From: the human T2T-CHM13v2.0 reference genome, Homo sapiens
NCBI RefSeq assembly: GCF_009914755.1
Contig: NC_060925.1
Strand: one strand, 5' to 3'
Length of the DNA stretch: 64,000 nucleotides
A model generated the notes under the pieces. The model was given only the letters and a program-made list of their open reading frames with translations. It made no database searches and was not told the DNA's origin. Below, piece by piece: positions 1 to 15,200 of the stretch (position 1 is the first letter of the stretch; every line of letters begins with the position of its first letter). The translations under genes and the position numbers were made by a program.

Positions 1-192
1 TTGTTCTGTCTTTCACCTTCCTGTAACTTGTCCACAAACTATTGTTTGTCCTTCAATCGTTGACAAACCATTGCCTGATCTTTGGGCCCATTCATTTACG
101 GCTTCCCCCTTTACATCTCCCCAGTGAAGATGATATTTAAGCATCAACTATCTGGTCTTTCTTTGAGTTTTCACCCTTTTTCTGCCCTTACA

Positions 193-194
<2 letters not shown>

Positions 195-228
<34 letters not shown>
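195..228. repeat. (CA)n microsatellite
   Basis: Uninterrupted CA run, about 17 units. Confidence 0.95.
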
Positions 229-230
<2 letters not shown>

Positions 231-1611
231 CTTAATTTTTTCTACTTAAGATATCTTAGAGAAAAAGTTCTAAGATCCTTAATAAGATCTTAGAAAATAC
301 TTATGAATATATTATATTACACTTTCCAGATGTACTACAGTTTATTTAAAAGTCATCCACTAGAGGAAATTTAGATCGTTAACAATCTTTTGATTATGGA
401 CAATGTTGCCATATAGATGTATCATTTCTGTGACTACAGCTGTAGAATAAATTCCTAGAATTGCAGAGTCAAAGACATATGTTTATAATTTTGATATATT
501 TTTGCCAAATCACTTACCATCACTGTATGATAGAGTTGTTTACCATATTCTTACTCATATAGTCTTCAAACTTTTGAACAAACATTTAAAACAAACATCA
601 ATTTAGTTTTCACTTAGATATATCTTATTATGAATATAACTGGGTATCTTTTTCTATGTTCAAGGGAGTCATTTATATTTCTTTTATGTGTGTATGTGAA
701 TTCTCTCTTCATATAAATTATGACTTAAATTATGACTTTATTATTAAGTTGTAAGAATGCTTTACATACTTGGGAAACAAGCTTTTGTGATGTGAACTAA
801 GAATCGTCTATCAGATTATTGTTACTTTTTACTTTTTGTCATAATTTATTATATGCACAAATTTTCATTTTCATACATTAAATTAAGAGTCCATACATAA
901 CCATTTTGCTCTATTTTTTACTTGAGTTGTCATGTTGGGTGTACTAATAAATCCAATATAAGTTCACCTTACTCTCATGAATAAGATGTCTCTCTTATCT
1001 TTAGTGTGTAGATAAGATAAATGAAGTTCTGAGCGTATAAGTAACTAGTCATGCATTAAGTGGCAGAGCCAAGATTTAGACCCAGATTCTTTGGGTTACA
1101 CTTGATGTTTTTAGCCTCTTTGCTGAATTGCATCCTGAAATACCTGTAAGTTTCATGAAAGTTAAGCCTGTCTTTATTTTTTGTATTCTAATAGTACCTA
1201 ACACAGGGCAAGGCACATAGATTTTCACTAACTGATGGACTGTTTTCCATCTACTTCTTTCTCTCTCTTTCTCTTATTAATGTAGCTCTTATGGGTAACG
1301 TGCTAACTTTCAGCCTCTTATATTGATTTTTAAGAAGTCCACAAAGTCCTCAGATAAGAGAGAATTCACAGGAAGACAAACATCAGACACAAAATAGCTA
1401 AACGACATTTGTTTTAGAATAGTCTAGGGTGACTTCATTTGGACAGATAAATGTTTTCACTTTAATGGGAAGCAAAGACACTAGCTACATACAGACACTG
1501 AAGTCCTCAAATAATCAAAAGTTCACCTCTTTCTAGAGGCCAAGCAGGGAGCCAGCATCATTTACCAACCACAGAGAGGTATGACATGAGGACTGCATAT
1601 CATGGCAGTTA

Positions 1612-2245
1612 GTATTAGGGCAAGAAAATGATGCCCCAAAATACAGTGCTCTGGCATGCCAAGTGCTTTGAATTTTAAACAATGGAAAGGCCTCAGAAAT
1701 AATCCTTAGAACCAAGATCTCTCTCTGATCCTTTCCTGCTCTCCTGTGTCTCTGATCCTCTTTCTTTCCTGAAGCACCAGGACAGATTTTCTCTGGAGAA
1801 ATGCAATTGTCTTAAGACCCCCTTCCTAGGAATCTCATCAAATAACCAGGAAATATTAATCTCTAGAGAAGAGAAGACGCTAGGAGTCATTGCCATGCCC
1901 AGGCAGATTTTTCATCTGTTCTTCTGAGGACAGTTCTAAGAGATTACTTGTGAGGCTTTATCTGCATAACAACAAAACTTTTGTTCACAGTGAAGTTCCA
2001 CCCCTCACCTTCCTGCCATCTCCCCCACAGCACAGAGGAACTCTGTCCCAGGCCTTTGTTCTTTGGGTCATTCCTTTCCCATGAAAATGATTTACTTTTA
2101 CAACCTCCATCTCCCCTTCCCCTATGAAGAAGTGTACATAAGTATCTGGACCTCATCGGGTTATTGGGGAATCATTATCCTGTAATTCCCTCTTGCTCAT
2201 GCACATTAATTAATAAAGCAAAGGCAAAGCTTTCCCTCTTCAACA
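1612..2245 (+). mobile_element. Solo ERV1-class LTR, MER39/MER34-like
   Basis: Starts 'tattagggcaagaaaatgatgccccaaaatacagtgctctggcatg...ggaaaggcctcagaa', resembling the MER39-type 5' end. Has AATAAA near 2212 and ends in CA. Confidence 0.6.
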
Positions 2246-3506
2246 CTGTATTAGTGATCCCTCAGCTGTAAGACATCCCATCCCTGGTAGCCCATTTCTA
2301 GGATAATAAGCATGTGATTTCCCGTTCGCATCTCAGAGAGCCCTACCCCACACGGGCATTTCCCGAGGCTGCCTGTATTGCTTTATTACTCCACCTAGCC
2401 TCCGAGAAGCAGCGGTAGTTCACTGTGCCCATGAGATTAGCAAGCGAGTAAAGGGCACTACAGCAAACCGTTGCCGCTGCACTGCTCTCCACCATCAATT
2501 AAAAATGGACGCACAAAAATCAGATCAGTTAAGTCTTTACTAAACTTTGGCCTAAACAATGAGCCTTATTTGCTTAGGCAGTATGTGGGAGAGAAGCAAG
2601 GCACTAGTTGCTGTTGCTGTGTATCTCTGCTTGATGTTTCATTTTAAAAAACAAACAAACAAAAAAAGAATGTTACTGTTTCACACTCCCTTTAAAAAAA
2701 AAAAAAAAGGACCTGACAGTCTCTGAAGCCAGCCTCTTGTACAACCTAACCTTGTGCTCTCTTTTATCTTTCCTCCTTCGTGCTGCTAGATCATTCAAGC
2801 CCAACTCCTCCCTCTCTTGCTTGCCCCAGCCCTGTATTACTCCACCCCCTCTGTAGTGCTATAGAGGCGCTGCGGGGCACAGGCTCCCCACCTGGCTGGG
2901 CTTGGGAATCACTGGGGAAGCTTTTTAGTATGAATCTGCGGGCCTGAGTGGAAAGTCACTGAATCAGAATGTCAGGGCAGGAGGGGAAGGGGAAGGTGTC
3001 TCACAAACTTGCTTTTTTGTTGTTGTTGTTGCTGCTGCTGCTATTGTTTGATTGGTTAGTTGGTTTGGTTTGGTTTGGCTTGATTTTGTTTGTTTTTTAA
3101 TGATTTTAATGCAACCAGTTAGAAAGGGCCAGAGTCTGGGAACCACTGCCATAGAAAATTTCTGTCTGGAGATGAGCAATTGAATTAGGCTAGTTTAAAA
3201 GTTCTTTTCTACACCAAGATTCCGATATTTGGTATTGCGTACAAGCAAAACGAAGTCCATAAGGTGCAAAGAGTGAGGTGTGTGCAAGTTGTATTTGGAT
3301 TTTGTTTCCATCACTTGCTATGTGACCTTCACCAAACTTGTAAAGTTCTTGAATCCTCCATTTCTCCATCTGTAAAATGGGAGTAGTAACTGCCCTCACC
3401 TCATATGACCATTATGAAAGTTACCTGAGATAGGATGTAGAGGGCCCAGTACATAGAAAGTATTCAATAAATGCTAGCTCTTATCAGTGACTTCAACATT
3501 CTGATT

Positions 3507-4067
<561 letters not shown>

Positions 4068-4159
4068 TCCTTAAATTACTAAGTTAAAAAGATTTTTAAA
4101 AATTTAAATAAATGCTAGATCTGCAGTTGTTGTTGTCGCCTTTCAATGGTAAACTGCTG

Positions 4160-4870
4160 TTACTTACAACGCTTCTGACACTAAATTTGTGTTTTTTTTT
4201 TTTTTTTTTTTCCTGACACTATCCAATTCTCTAAGCATCTGGACATCAACTGGTTGCCCTTCATCCCAACTCAAGTCAGACAGTAACTACGCAGAGTTTG
4301 ATAATTTGCTGGAATGGCTCACAAAGTGAGGGAAATATTTACTTACGTTGACTGGTTTATTATAAAGGAATAAAGGATACAAATGAAAAGCCAAATAAAG
4401 AGATACATAGGGTGAAGTCCAGAGGGTCCCGAGCACAGGAGTTTCTCTGCCCCCAAGGAGTTGGGGCACATCACCCTCCCAGTATGTGGATGTATTCACC
4501 AACTCGAAAGCTCTCAGAGTATTATTATTTAGGTCTTTCACAGATGTTCCATGAAGTAGGTATGATTGATTAAATTATTGGCTATTGGTGATTGAGCTCA
4601 ATCTCCATCCCCCCCTCCACTCCTAGAGGTTGAGGGATGGGGCTGAAAACCAAATCTCTAATCACATGGTTGGTTCCTCTGGAAATCCACCCCATCCTGA
4701 AGCTATCTAGGTGCCCACCTATAGTCATTTCATTAGCATAAACTCAGGAATAGTTGAAAGAGGCTTGTTATGAATTACAAAAGATGTGCCTATTATCCTT
4801 ATCACTGAGGAGTTTTAGAAGCTCTCTGCCAGGAACAGGAGAGAAAGACCAAATATTTATTTCTTATTAG
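4160..4870 (-). mobile_element. LTR, MER21-like
   Basis: 'ataatttgctggaatggctcac...ggtttattataaagga...gagatacatagggtgaagtcc...gcacaggagtttct' matches the MER21 family in reverse and is similar to 56880-57668. Confidence 0.65.
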
Positions 4871-5354
4871 TGGTTGTCCAACTCTTCCTGGGAAGCTCAG
4901 ATATGCTGCAGGTGCTGAGTCTACCATACAGGAGAGAAGGCAGTGCCAGACTGGCAGTACAGGACATCCTAAAGTGAAATATTTGTCAAGATGGACTGAG
5001 ACCACTGAAGGTGGGTCCCCTGTCTTCAAAAGCTATAGGTGCCCCAAAGGTATGATTATCATTCAGCACAACCTCCTGGAGTGAGGGGTTAAGGGAGGGG
5101 AGGATTTTATATTCTGTTTGCAACCTCCTGGGCATCCTCCTTCTCCCTCTTCAGTCCTTTGTCTGTTTACTCATCAGAGCCCAAAAAGGAACAGGGAAGC
5201 AATCTGGTATTATGACTATAACTGTTTATGTTTCTTAATATTATAATCATCATCCAGATCATTTCTGTTGTTATTCTTACTTAATGTCTAAACGGCCCAC
5301 AGGGCTCTCAAGATGTACACAGTGGAGATGCCGGTTAAAACTGTGGTGGGGCCT

Positions 5355-5650
<296 letters not shown>

Positions 5651-5841
5651 ATTGTGGTGGGGCCTGAAGTCAGGCCCCTGGGCTGGCAGAAGCAGCAATG
5701 ACAGTCAGTCTCACTCACTCACTGCACCGTGGGCTTCCACCCACAGCTCCTCATTCCTAATGCCAGCCCTTCTCAGAAATGATCTGTAAGTGATCTGTAA
5801 GTCCTTTCTCAGGGACTTAAGGGAATTGCAAATTTATTCTC

Positions 5842-5859
5842 CTGCCACTAGGTGGCAGG
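5842..5859 (+). promoter_or_regulatory. Predicted CTCF site, forward orientation
   Basis: CTGCCACTAGGTGGCAG closely matches the CTCF core. An upstream TGCAAAT at 5827 lies 18 bp before CCACTAG, the canonical upstream-motif spacing. Confidence 0.65.
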
Positions 5860-7734
5860 CAACACGATGTGCATTTTCCAAGGAAGATATTAACGACAGT
5901 CATAAACGGTCCCCCTCTGTCTCCAAGTATTTATTCCCTATAATAAAGTCAGTAAATCTCAAGCTCATTTCTGATTGCAAGCCCAACTTGCTCCATCTGA
6001 GAGCACCCCAGGACTGCCTGCTGTAATGTCTGCCATTCAGGGATTCATAATCACAACTCTGATAATAGCAAATCCTTGTGTCTATGGCATTTTATAGTTT
6101 ACAAAGCACTGTAGGGTTGGTAAAGCTCTTTTGCATGCAGGATCTTATTTGACAAGTGAATGTACATACACACCAAGCCCAGCCATAATGCAACTTCATT
6201 ATACTGATGAACAATGCATACACAATGTCCTGCTGATCCATTTGCATCCACTTTATATGGAAACAGTTGCTACAGAAGGTCTTGGAACCAATGGCAGTAT
6301 TTTAAGGTACTCAACTAGTGATAGGCATCACTTCAGCTCAGTGTCTCTGGGACCACCATGGGGAGGTCAGCAGCTGAAAGGCCAAAGCTTTTGGGCTGGG
6401 CACGACGGGTACAGCATCTCCTCATTTGGTCTAGTAATGCCACATCATAGAGGTCTGGTTTGTTCTTTTTTCACAAACAAGAACCAGCTACATCTTGTCA
6501 TTTGCATATAGCCAGCATGAGTTAAGTCACCCTTGCACTCTGGAATAAATTAATTCGTTCAAGAAGGGAATGAATCCTGTATATGTGAGTGTGTGTGTGG
6601 CGTGGTGGCGGGGGGGCGGATTTGGGGGGATTGAGGGTAAGAGAATTGAAAATCCACTTGTCTGAGATTATTTTCATCTGTCTCGCAGTTTTATAACTCT
6701 TTCTGAAAAGGTCTGATTCCTTTTATTAACAATTGTGAAGGCTTTTCTCCCAGGCTGAATTTAAGAGGCCAACTCTGCATAGGCAGATAGTGATACATTG
6801 CAGAGCTCATCGTTTTCTGTTGTGAACTACAAATGGCACACGTTTGTATTTCATAAAATCAGCATAAAAGCAAAAAATGTATTGGCTTGGAGAGTGAGTT
6901 TGTCCATCAATGTAATATTCCTATTAGTGCAGCTCTTCAGCTGTGGAAAAAAACCACATTGTATTCCAATAATTAAATAGAGCAGGTGAGTGTTAGGACT
7001 TCCACATTAGAAACTCTCTAGTTACACATTGCATATATTTTATTATAGGGCTGGAGGGAAATGAATTTTGCATAATTTTCCGAAAATCCTCACTGCATGT
7101 GGAGGCTACAGAAAGCCATGGCTGTTCCCTTAGACTGATGTTTAATCAAGTCCCTTCCTCTCCAACCGGCCACTGAGATGATGCTGTTCAGTCTCCCTGG
7201 GTCACCCACTGTCCCAGGCCTCTCAGTGCCAGTCTCAGATACCTCTGGTAACATGACTTGCTATTTCAGAATGCAAGTTGCATAGCAGGTGCAAATTCTG
7301 TGATGGAACTTGCAGAATGGACAGAGCAAAATCTCACCAGTTTCATTTCATCTGTGCCCAAAGCAGACTTTATAAAGCAATAAAGACTGAATGTCTAAGG
7401 ACTTAAAAGAAATGTGCTGTGTTATCATCAATTTATGAAACTCCCACAAGGAAGCAGGCATGATACAAAACATACAAATTGTATCGTTGTTGCCTCTGGA
7501 AGTTTAAATGGCAAAGTACAAAATGTTGAAATTGGATATTACTTCTGTCTCACCTCTTTCCTCTCTCTCCCTAACCTTTTTTTAAATTTTCTCTTTTGCC
7601 TTTGAGTTTGAAGGGTTCCCTCTGGCGACTAGAGCTTGGCGAAGACTCTGAGTGTAATATCGTAGAAGACACCGAGGTGTGAGCCACTTCTAAATACTGG
7701 GTCGGGGCTAGGGCCACGAGAGGGGAGTGGCAAG

Positions 7735-7736
<2 letters not shown>

Positions 7737-7782
<46 letters not shown>
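7737..7782. repeat. (GT)n microsatellite
   Basis: About 23 perfect GT units. Confidence 0.95.
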
Positions 7783-7783
<1 letters not shown>

Positions 7784-8389
7784 GAACAAAGGGGTGCAAG
7801 TTAAATGGGGCTAAAAAAGAAGGAAAACAGATGGAGATATTGACTAGGCTGTGTTCACTTTGTTTCTGCGATACATCCTCCCTCCCTACCTCCACATTAC
7901 CATCCAACCCTTTGGGAATTACTGGCCACAAGGACCTTTCCCTGCTTTTGGACATAAGCCTCATACTCATTGCACAAACTCTCCTCTGTGTTTAGAATGT
8001 GTCAGGCATTACGGAAGCAAGGATGACAAGGGCATGGCTCCCACTCTTGACAAGATCCTAATCGTGTGCTGAAGACAATTCTGCCATCCCAGTACAGAAG
8101 AACATGTTCTACAAGGACTGAGCGAAGTGCTAAGGGAACAAATGCATCTGTTCTGAGTGTCTGGGGCAGCTTCAGAGGACAGGGGACATCTTATAAAAGG
8201 CTGAAGGAGATAAAGAAATTCTGTAGAATTCTGGGCAGAGAAGACATACACGTAGTACAAAAGCAGAAAATTGCTCAGCCTGTTTTGAGCGATGATAAAT
8301 TCTGTTGAAGAATATTGAAAATAAGAGTTGTAAAAGTTGGTTTTACAACTGTTTTACAACAGTTGATCTTACTGTCAATTGCTTTATAT

Positions 8390-9380
<991 letters not shown>

Positions 9381-10279
9381 GCCCACTCCACCATGAGCTC
9401 CATTCAAAGCCACAGGGAAATATTACCAGCTTCAAGGAGACAATGACATGGTCTGATCCAATCTGTCCCCAAGATACGGACAACAATCTACTTCGGAATT
9501 TACCATAGCATCTAATAATTTTATTGTCAGCAAGTGTTTCTTTATATCTGACCTGTCATATCTACACTTCCTTTAGAGAATATGAAATATTCTCCTCATG
9601 ACCACAGACTCAAAGACAACTAGTAAGTATTTCTAAAATGTGTCCCCTATAATCAAGCACTGACAAAAAGACTGCCACGTAGTGAGTATTCGGCTAGGTT
9701 CTAGGTTTTTAATAGCAACTAAGATCCAGTCCATGCTGACAAGGAGTTTGAAGTCTGGGACCTAGCAAGACGGCAAAGACAAATCAAACCTCCACCAACT
9801 AGCCAGCAGAGCATTTGGTTATGTTTCTCTGTCCCCTTCTGAAGACCCAGCTCTGTGAGAACTCGGAGGATGCAAAGACTGCCTCTCCCACTGCCCTCCC
9901 CATCCCTGACCTCCAGATGTTTGGGTGCCAGCAGGTTTGAACCCAAGATAGGCAACTCTGCACCGAGAGCTCCTCTCCCACTCGCTGGTGTGCAGTTCAG
10001 TCACAAAAGAAGCCCTCTAGTTCACAGGCTGCTGAGCCCTGACAAGGAGGAAGCAGAGGGCTTCAGGCCGAGCACAGCCAGCCCACGAGACTCTGTGAAT
10101 CCACTCCATGGATGCTTGCTTGCCCAGAGGAAGTTGGTACCCTGAGTCTATCATGCCCTTCCTGGTGACCGAGCCTCAGCACTTCCTGAAAGAGTGAGCA
10201 GCCTGAGAATCAGGACACCTTGGCTCTCACCCACAGGGAGGAAAAGAGGCAGATAAATACTCCTGGGAATCAGAGAATC

Positions 10280-11150
10280 GAGCTTAGAAGCTCCACGATC
10301 GGCCGGATCAGCTGAGCTAGGCAGAAACTACCATTGCTGGAAACCAGGGCCAGAAAAGGAACATGTGGGTGGCACACGCATGAACATCTGGTGCTTCTGC
10401 TGTGACTGGTGACTCTTCCACTCCTCGTTGGGGGGGACACAGGGCCAGGAGACTGGTCCTACCACTTCAACCCCAGCTGTAACCCTAAACCCCCAGCCGA
10501 GTTAAACCCCAAATCATTACTCTGGAGGCTTGGGGAACGGAGGCAGGAGTTGGCATTATTTTTCCACGCAAGTCGGAGCCTGAAAGCTTTGTTTCAGCAT
10601 AGGCGGAAGCCTCCACTCCAGGGCTTGGGGTGGGCTCGGGAGGCCGCCCGCCGTCGGCCTGACTCACAGCGAGCTCGGCGCTCCCTCTTGTGGCTTCTGT
10701 GTTCCCCGTCAGCCTCGGGAAGCTGCCGGCCACCACATACAAATGGACTCCGCGTAGTTAAGCTGTCAGGTCTAATGTATTTATTTGACTCTCTCCTGTT
10801 AAAATGATTTCTCTACAGCACTGCGGTTATTTACGACTATTGTCAGTACAAGGCGATGAGAAGGCAGCAGCAGAGGAAAACAACAACAGCTGAAGGAAAA
10901 GTTCTGTCTGGGAGGGCTGGGTGGCTGGGTCCCGGGCTTTCCCGCGGCTGCAGCGGCTGTGTGTTTACTTTATCTGCAGCGGGGGCTTCGGAGCTCATCC
11001 ATCCATAATGCAGAGCCCATTGCCCTCAGCCCGCAGTTCACGGCCAGCCCCAGTGAGCGCCCTTGCGGAGGAGCTGTGGCCCGGGGAGGACACCCCCAGC
11101 TCTTTTGAGCGCTAAACATTTTCACAGAGACCCCGCGAATGGGCTTTTGG
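10280..11150. promoter_or_regulatory. CpG-enriched unique segment, candidate enhancer or promoter
   Basis: Locally high CpG without a recognisable repeat. Motifs: AP-1 TGACTCA at 10660, posterior-HOX TTTACGAC at 10830, E2F-like TTTCCCGC at 10938, FOX TGTTTAC at 10962. Confidence 0.45.
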
Positions 11151-11234
11151 CTTTTCTAGGGTCCAGATCGAGTTCTTTCTTATACAGAACCTGGGACCCA
11201 GATGTCGTCCCATGGTTTGTCATTTTGGGTACTG

Positions 11235-11412
11235 TTTGCCAGAATGCCGTCCCTGGGTAGCAGCATCCACGTCACCTAAGAATTTGTTAGAAATGCATAC
11301 TCTCAGGTCCCACCCCAGGTTGAAAGAATGGAAGTTCCAGGGATGGAGCCCAGTCATCTGCCTTGTAACAAGCCCTCCAAGAGATTCTGATGTGGGCAAG
11401 TGTGAGAATCAC
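11235..11412. mobile_element. MER5A (hAT-Charlie)
   Basis: 'cagcatccacgtcacctaagaatttgttagaaatgcatactctcaggtcccacccc...ttgtaacaagccctccaagagattctgatg'. Confidence 0.75.
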
Positions 11413-11609
11413 AGACCTAGAGAGTTAAGCCCCAGGACAGACCTTGAAGTGAGTTTCCACAGAGAAATGACCCAATACTCCTGCACCCCAGTCTCTTCCT
11501 TCTTTTAAAGGTTCCTAGAGGCCAGGTGAGTCCCAACCTCCCCTGGAGCTGATTTGGAAAATGATCCGCTCTGACCTGCAGTAGCATGGAACAGGAGTGA
11601 TCTGAGAGA

Positions 11610-12280
11610 AGCAGGATAAGGTAGTGGTTAATGACACAGGTCCTGCAGTCAGTCTGTGTGCAAATTTAGATGACTCCACTTACTGCTCCTGTGATCTTGG
11701 GGAAATGACTTAATCTCTGTAAAATGAACATGAGATAGCTTTATAGGGTTATTATGACTAGATGAATTCATTCAGAAAAATTCTTTGAAGAGTGGCTGAC
11801 ATGTAGTGTTAATAAATGCTAACTGTGATTCCATTTTGTAATATTGGCTTCCATGTCCATCTCCAAGTCTCAGTCATCACTCAAAGCTGCAGGTTCATGG
11901 ATAGATCACTTGTTATCAGAAGACCTGTGTTTATATGTAGCCTGGGCTGCTTATAAGCTACAGCACTTGGTGTAAGCCACTTAGCTTCTCTGTGCCTCAA
12001 ATTTCTCATCTAAAAATCAATACCTATCTCAAGTTTTCATATAAATTATCCCATTTACTCCTCGCACAAGCATTTGTGCTAGGAAAAACAGGTCTCTCAC
12101 GATGCTCATTATACAAATGAATCAACTAGGACTCAGAGAGGCCAAGTCATGTATTCAAGGTCACACAGCAAGTAGACGGTGAAATCAAGACAGGAATCCA
12201 TTTCATCTGAGTCCAGGTCTAATAAATTTTTATGAGATAATGCCTGTGAGGGCACTATACAAATGATGGTTATTATTGTT
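11610..12280. mobile_element. Cluster of MIR fragments
   Basis: MIR core phrases such as 'ctgtgatcttgggg..tgacttaatctctgtaaaatg' and 'caaggtcacacagcaagtag'. Confidence 0.6.
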
Positions 12281-15200
12281 GTTATTTTGGAGGGGCAATC
12301 AGAAGAAAACATCCCATTTTCTGAATGTGAATTCAGGAAATTAAAATAACAAACCATAAAGTCCTTCTGAAAAAAAAAAATAAATCAATAACACCAAAAA
12401 AAAAGAAAAAACCAACAAAAAATAGAACATTCCGCTATAGAACAAGCAGCAACATTCTGCTGCTATGATTGAGATAAAATCACAAAAATAAATAGAGAAG
12501 TGACACCACCATTTTCCCCTTCCTGGGAGATGTGTCTGTGTTCATGAAAGGTACGGAACTGACAGCAGGAGTGGATGGTCTATTTATTCCTGGGACAAGC
12601 ACGGCCTCATCTGTTTAGCATTTATATAGTGCTTGCCTCCTCTGCTGCACCAAGGCGCCAGGGAGAATGGGTTATCACTGTGAAAGCTGAGGAGCAGCTG
12701 AGGTCCCTGAGCAGGACAGAGGGTCTTTCCACAGCTCCACTCCACCCCACCCTGAGTAAGGAAGGGACTGGGTGGCTTCAGACCCTCTCTGCAGGTTTGC
12801 CTGTGCTGCTCATCAGCAAGGGATTCACAGAGAAGGAGCCCAGGAGGAGAGATCTCCGGAAACACTCCTCCTGAGATGTTCTGCAACAAGCAGCTTCCTT
12901 CCCCAGTGTGGTAAGGAAAAGAAACCTCCTGCAGCTGATCTCTGGGAAATTATCCTTAAACACTGATTCTATCCTGACCCCCATCCCTTTCCCTATAAAT
13001 CTTCCATAGCCTTCCATTCCTGCCTTATTCATTCTTAACTTCTCTGCCTAGTTTCCAGCCCTGCTCTTCCTATCTGGTCCTATTTTCCTGAGCTCCCAAT
13101 TGTGGTCTTCACTTTAGATATACTATGATGTTATGGAAGGTGCAAGAGACCTAGAAGTGAAGAGCTGGGCCTGTGAACTGTGTGGCCTTGAGCAAGTCTC
13201 TTTACAGTTCTGTGCCTTGGTTTCATCTTCTGCAGAATAATGCCGGGCTCTTTTGAAGATAGAAGCTTGTGAAACATCTGTCATGTGTTTCAATGTGCTG
13301 TTCTATGTTTTTCTTTTTAAAAAATTTTTCCAGGAGATCCTTTGCCCTGGAGGATAATGAGATTTTTTTATTTTTAACAGAAGTAAGAAAGAGTTAAAAG
13401 TCTGCTATTGTTGGTAGAAAGAATAATTGAATTTGCATCTAAACAAGTGATGTTGTCTTGAGATGTGATTTTCTGAATTTCGTGGTGTCCCTTTTAAGTC
13501 TAGCAAGAATTAAGCCTAAACATCTCTGTTCATGGAATTTTCTCAGAGTCTAGAGAAAGGAACCCAGTGGCCTATAACAGCTAAGCTGTGAGAGTCACTG
13601 CTGTACTGAAGAAGGAAGTTATTTTGCAGGGCATTTAGGGGGTGATGGGAAAAAAGAAGGCACAGAGAGAAGAACAGAGTTAAAAAGGAAGTTGGATTTG
13701 GCTCAAAGGGGTACATGTGCATTAGCCCTCTGGTTTTTCTCTCTTACCACAAGGGAGCTCTGCTCCAAGGAGATGTTTCACAGGCTGCCCCTGGGTTACC
13801 GCCACAGCAACACTGATTTGGTAATGCAGCACGGTGAAGTGTAAACACACTTCAGGGCTTAGCTTAGGTGGGTCTCCTTGAGTTTCAGTGACACAGATGG
13901 GACCCAGATATCCCCATAGCACCCCACCTGCAGCCTCAACAGTGAGACAAGAAAGGCTGCTGAGCTGGCTGTCAAAAGGCCTGCCATGGGGCTCACTATG
14001 ACCAGGGAAGGGGACTCAGAGCAGAGGTTAGGTGGGAAGATGGAAGCTGTGGCAGAAACAGAAACAGAGGGGTCTACCAGGCAGGCCAGGGAAGTCAGCT
14101 AGAAAGGACTACTGCCCTTGATCAAACCCAGGGGGTGACACTAGCCACTGGCTTCATCACTGGAGGCCAAAAGAGAATCCAAAGGCAACATCGACACTTC
14201 TTCACTATCCCATCCTAGAGCCAAGTGAGTCCCTCACTCCCACCCTGCCACACACCCAAGCATTATCTCAGAAAAGAAGAGGAAAGAATAGGAGAGACTG
14301 AGTACCATCCCCAAATTCGGGACATTACCTTAGAATAAGCCATGTTTTATATCATGGTAGATTAAACTTTAGTCTCTTTGTCATCACTCAGGGGATATGG
14401 GGGCTTGTAAGGAAGACCAGATAAGACATAGACCACGTTTGCTGAATATGAGTATATATAAGGAATTCAGGCAACGATTCATTAGACAACTTTGCCTATC
14501 CCCTACAGAGGCTAAATGTATCCTGACCTCTCTGTTTCTGTGGCTCTAATGCACCTGTAGAATTTTAATCCTGTCCATCTAACTCTTGCTTACCCTTTGT
14601 GTCCTCATCACAGCTCATCTCATCCAGGAGTTGTCCCTGAGTCCTCCAGCCTTCATAGGTGCCATACTTCATTTGTTTCTTCCTTCATCTGTGTGTCCAT
14701 TTATCAAGCCCAGATCAAATGTTCCTATGGATCAAGCACTACGGTTACAAATATGGCTATAGCACAAGGCATTTGCAAATGTCTTCAGAATCTTGCAGCA
14801 CCTAGAAACTTTGATCATTAGCTCTTAGGTACATACAGTTGCTGATGTTTTGCACAAAGGTGACCCTTAATAAACATTGATTGAATGAATGAAGAACAAC
14901 TTAATCTTGGATTCTTGTCCATCCTCTTCCTCTGTTTGTTCTAGAAAACAAAAGCAGGGCTGCAGCAGCACATGCTTTCATGAGGGCAGGGGATGATAAG
15001 CTTCTAAATGGTTTCTCAGGTTCCAGTGGGTACCACTAAGTGAACATCTGCAAGTTCTTCTCTCTGCTTCCCAGGGTCATGCAGTGTGGTGATACTGCTG
15101 TAGAGGGAGTTATCATAGCATAAAATAACAGGTTTAGTGGCTTGGAACCTCTACCTTTTAGCTGTTTGTTGTTGTTGTTGTTGCTGTTATTGCTACTCAG

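Noticed and set aside
2842-2875. Additional CTCF-like motif (gctatagaggcgctg)
   Set aside because: It lacks the key CC...AG(G/A)(G/T)GGC spacing and is a much weaker match than the two reported sites.
13700-14450. Possible ancient LTR
   Set aside because: The composition is suggestive, but I could not identify termini or a family with any confidence.
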